Source: Felis catus (lineage: Eukaryota). Taken from it: a stretch of 64,000 nt of DNA. Positions 59,501 through 64,000 of the stretch are shown here, one piece after another. Location of the stretch: assembly GCF_018350175.1 (NCBI RefSeq), contig NC_058383.1:15440001-15504000 (forward strand), in the 5' to 3' direction. Each line of letters begins with the position of its first letter. The stretch's first letter is position 1. The position numbers were made by a program, and so were the translations under genes. A model generated the notes under the pieces. The model saw only the letters and a list, made by a program, of their open reading frames with translations, was not told where the DNA came from and ran no database searches.

Positions 59501-60584
59501 ATTTATTTTTGAGACAGAGAGACAGAGCATGAATGGGGGAGGGTCAGAAAGAGAGGGAGACACAGAATCTGAAGCAGGTTCCAGGCCCTAAGCTGTCAGT
59601 ACAGAGCCTGACATGGGGCTCGAACTCACGGACCGTGAGGTCATGACCTGAGCTGAAGTCAGATGTTTAGCTGACTGAGCCACCCAGGTGCCCCCAGATT
59701 TCTCCACTTTAAATTGCTGTTTTTCTTTTTCTGTGTTCTTTGGAAGTGGATCACTCTGCCCAGACCACATTCATGTTCCACCTTATTTTTTAATTATTTT
59801 TTTTAACATTTATTTATTTTTGAGAGAGCACAAGCAGGGGAGGGACAGAAAGAGAGAGAGAGAGAAAGAGACAGGATCCAAAGCAGGCTCCAGGCTCTGA
59901 GCTGTCAGCACAGAGCCCGACGCGGGGCTTGAACCCATGAACCGTGAGATCAGGACCTGAGCTGAAGTCAGACATTTAACCGATTGAGCCACCCAGGTGC
60001 CCCTCACGCTCCACCTTATTAAGCTCCACCTCCCAGAAGGGGGCAGGGGGCATCTACACATATTATTTGGAATTCTTCTACATGAAGATTTGTCACTTTT
60101 CCCCCATTATTCATTTCAACCATTTATTTTTTAATTTTTTAAATCTTTTTTTCATTTCAACCATTTCTTTACATCAGTATGGACTCAGGGATCACTAGAA
60201 TCAGCCACTTTCCCAAAGAGCCCTGGTTTATTTTACTGGGGAATGGTTATTTAGAAACTAAGGTCTATGGGGTGTCTGGGTGGCTCAGTCGGTTAAGTGT
60301 CCAACTCCAGCTCAGCTCGTGACCTTGCGGTTTGTGAGTTCGAGCCCCACATCAGGCTAGCTGCTGTCAGTGTAGAGCCTGCTTTAGATCCTCTGTGTCC
60401 CCTCTCTCTCTCTCTCTGCCCCTTCCTTGCTCATGCTCCCTCTCTCTCTCAAAAATAAATAAACAGTTACAAAAAAAAAAAAAAAGAACCGAGATCTGGG
60501 TACTGGGTATGCTTATTGCTACCAGAGCGTGTCTACTTCAAGGCCTTCTCTGCGGACAGAGTTTGGAAATAAATGTACGTTTTC

Positions 60585-60806
60585 TTTTTTTTTTTTTTTT
60601 TTTTTAACATTTATTTATTTTTGAGACAGAGAGAGAGCATGAACATGGGAGGGTCAGAGAAAGAGGGAGACACACAGAATCTGAAACAGACTCCAGGCTC
60701 CGCGCTGTCAGCACAGAGCCCGACGCGGGGCTCGAACCCACGGACCGCGAGATCATGACCTGAGCCGAAGTCGGACGCTCAACCGACTGAGCCACCCAGG
60801 CGCCCC
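60585..60806 (-). mobile_element. Can-SINE
   Basis: TSD ataaatgtacgttttc at 60569-60584 and 60807-60822. Confidence 0.95.
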
Positions 60807-61196
60807 ATAAATGTACGTTTTCTAACCCATGTGTATATACACATCTGTAATTCTTTCTGTACCTATCGGTATGTGTCAAAGTAAACATGAGTCCATACTG
60901 ACTCCGCCTCTAACCCAGCCCAGGGTTTATTGTAGCCTTTCCCCTTGCTTATTTGCAGCCTGGTTCCCGTTATCTACAATCTATTACTTATTTGTTCAGT
61001 CCTAGTACATATATACAGTAGTTTCAGAGGGCGCCTGGGTGGCGGCTCAGTTGTTAAGGATCTGACTTTGACTCAGGTCACTATCTCACGTTTGAGTCCC
61101 ATACTGGGTGAGCTCAAGTCCCACTTTGGCTGACCATGAACCCCACTTAGGATGAACCATGCTTCTCTCTCTCGCTCTCTGTCTGCCCCTCCTGGG

Positions 61197-61240
<44 letters not shown>

Positions 61241-61789
61241 CCTCACTCACTTGCACTCTCTCTCTCTCTCAAAAATATATAAATAAAGTCATTTCAGAAT
61301 CGCCAAACTGTACTCCATGAAGAACAAATTTACCCTAGAGTACAATGTTTACCTACAGTACTTTTTTGTCTTCAGTCTTATAGTATCCAATCAAAGAATC
61401 CTTTTCCAAAATTACTTAGATCAGTTCCTTTCCTCTCCACCCCCTTCATTGAGGTGCTGTCATATGTAACACAGGGTAGTTTGTCATAATCTGCATTCCA
61501 TTCTGGGATCTCATGACATCTTGGTCGATTTTTTTAAAAATTTGCATGCAGCAAATCTCGTTGTGTATGGGTTGTGACAAAATGCATGGAGTCATGTATA
61601 AACTACCTCGGTGACGTATAGAACAGTGCCATCACCCTGAAAATTCCCCTGTGCGTATGGTAACCAACTTTCTGGTTTCCCTGAGACGGCAGAGGGGTCC
61701 CAGGATGCAGGACTTTCACCCTGATATTTATCTTGATATTTCATCTTGATATTTATCAACCGACTGAGCCATCTAGGCACCCCAGCTTT

Positions 61790-64000
61790 TTGTATTTCTT
61801 ATAATGCAAATCTGCTAGCAATGAATTCTCTCAGGCTTTGTCTTTCTTTCAACTTCATGTTTGAAAGATAATCTTTCTGCCTATAGAAGTCTTGGCTGGC
61901 CGGTTTTCTTTCAGCACTTTGAATACGCCGCCCCACCCTCTTCCTCCCTGCTGTTGAGAAGTCAGTTGTTAATTGCATTGTTGTTTCCCCATCATTTTTT
62001 TTCTTGCTGCTTTTAAGATTTGCTATTTGTCTTTCTTTTTAAAAATTTTGTTTAATGTTTATTAATTTTTGAGAGAGAGACAGAGTACGAGCAGGGGAGG
62101 GGCAGAGAAAGAGGGAACACAGAGTCTGAAGCAATCCAGGCTCTGAGCTGTCAGCACAGAGCCCAACACGGCCCAACTCACAAACTGAGAGATCATGACC
62201 TAAGCCAAAGTCAGAGGCTTAACCAACTCAGCCACCCAGGCACCCCTGCTCTTTGTCTTTCAAGTTCAACCATGATGTATTTATTAACACGGATTTATTA
62301 AGATTTTTGGATCTGTAAATTAATGATATTTATCAAATTTGAAAGTTTTTGGCCATTATTTCTTCAAATATTTTTCCTGTCCTTTTCCTTCTCTTTTCTT
62401 CTGCTGTGACTGTCATTTCTCTATGTTGGCTTGGTTGATGTTGTCCCTAGGTCTTGAGGCTCTGTTCATTTTTCTTCATTTTTTTAAATTCTCTCTAGTG
62501 TTCAGGATTGAGTCATTTTTATAATCTGTGTTCAAGTTCACTGATTCTTCTGTCATCTCAAATCTACTGTTAAGATCATCTAGTAAATATCTCATCTAAG
62601 TTATTGCAGCTTTCAAGTCGAGAATTTCCAATTGGTTCTTTGTTACATTTTTCATTGTTTTTGTTGAGACTGCCTGTTTTTTAGTTGTAATTATATTTTG
62701 CTTCCATTATATTTTCCTTTAATTCTTTGAGTGTATTTATAATACCTGCTTTGAAGACTTTGCTAAATCCAACATCTGGGTCCACTTAGAGACAGGTTCT
62801 ATTGACTGCTTTTTCACCAAATATGGGTTTTACTGTGTTTGCATACACATTTCACACTTTTTGTTGAAAACTGGACATTTTGGATAATATATTTTGCAAC
62901 TTGGGATTCCGATTGGGTGCCTGCTGCTATTGTTTTGTTTTTAGTGACTTGTCTGAAGTTAACCTGTGGAATATATCTCCCTCCATAGTGTGAAGGAGCC
63001 TGATGTCTTTGCTCAGATTTTTAAAAAATTGATATTTTTACTTTAAATACTTGTAGACTCACATGTGGATTTAAGAAATAATACAGAGAGATGTCACGAG
63101 CCCTTTGTCCAGTTTTCCTCAGTGGCAGTATCTTATAGAACTATAGTATAATATCACCACCAGGATATTGGCATTGTAGTGAAAATCCAGAATACTCCAT
63201 CACAAGGATGCCTTCTGTTCTTTTATAGCCATATCCACACCCATCCCACCCTCCATCCTTAATTCCTGGAAACTATTAAGAAATGTCCTCCAATTCTGTA
63301 ATTGTCATTTCAACAGAGTTATATAAGAGCAAGTGTATAGCCTGTGAGCCTTTAAGCCTGGCTTCTTTTACTTAGCATCATGCCTTTGAGATTTATCTCA
63401 AATGTTGCATGTATTAGTAGTTCATTCTTTTTTATTACTGAGTAGTGTTTCATCATATGAATATACCACAGTGCCATAGACTGGATTTTTGTGTTGCCTC
63501 AAAATTCATGTTGAAACCCAATCCCCAATATGATGGTATTTAACAGTGGGGTTTTGGGGAAGTGATTTGGTCATGAGTGCAGAACCCTCAAGAATGGGAT
63601 TAGTGCCCTTATAAAAGAGAGATTTGTCCCTCCTGCTATGTGAGGACACAGAAGATTACTGTCCATGAAATTGGAAGCAGACCCTCCCCAGACATCAAAT
63701 GTACTGGAGACTGGACCTTGGACCTCTCAGTCTTCAGAACTGTATGAAATAAATTTCTGTTGTTTATAGGCCACCCAGTCTATGGTGATTTGCTACAGCA
63801 GCACAGAGTAAGACACACAGATTATTTAATCATTTACCCATTGAAGAACATCCAAGGTCATTTCTAGTTTAGGGTTATTAGGAATAAAGCTGCTGTGAGC
63901 ATTCATGTACAGGATTTTGTGTAAACCTATATTTTCATTTCTCTGGGATAAATGCCCAAAAGGACAATTTCTGGGTTGTATGGTAGTTGCATGCTTGACT
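61790..64000 (-). mobile_element. Old antisense LINE-1 fragments with nested SINE and LTR
   Basis: T-rich L1M-like sequence (ggccattatttcttcaaatatt, gttcaagttcactgattctt, cattctttttattactgagtagt). Confidence 0.7.
63473..63818 (+). mobile_element. MaLR (MLT1/MST-like) solo LTR
   Basis: TG...CA-bounded segment with aaaattcatgttgaaaccc, gaatgggattagtgcccttataa, gaaataaatttctgttgttta and cccagtctatggt. Confidence 0.8.

Overview
Mammalian genomic DNA, almost certainly from a cat-family genome: it is dense in tRNA-derived Can-SINEs of the felid type, plus L1, L2/MIR, LTR and DNA-transposon relics. The left part holds a head-to-head gene pair. TYW1 is on the minus strand (coding exons 1-6 and the start of exon 7, running off the left edge). 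SBDS is on the plus strand and complete (5 exons, 250 aa). They share a ~1.1 kb CpG-rich bidirectional promoter. Downstream of SBDS there is no intact protein-coding gene I can recognise, but the minus strand hides a decayed, intron-containing merlin/NF2-like FERM gene. Six of its exon relics (31284-46680) match NF2 exons 4-8 and 10 in order, intron phase and approximate size, and carry stops, frameshifts, dead splice sites and a SINE insertion. Also present: a near full-length PKP4 processed pseudogene inside an intron of that relic, a C11orf98 retrocopy nested in an L1, a 179-bp inverted local duplication embedded in an L1, and an orphan CpG-island minisatellite at ~55.9-56.2 kb. Gene and repeat identifications come from remembered reference sequences, not from database searches.
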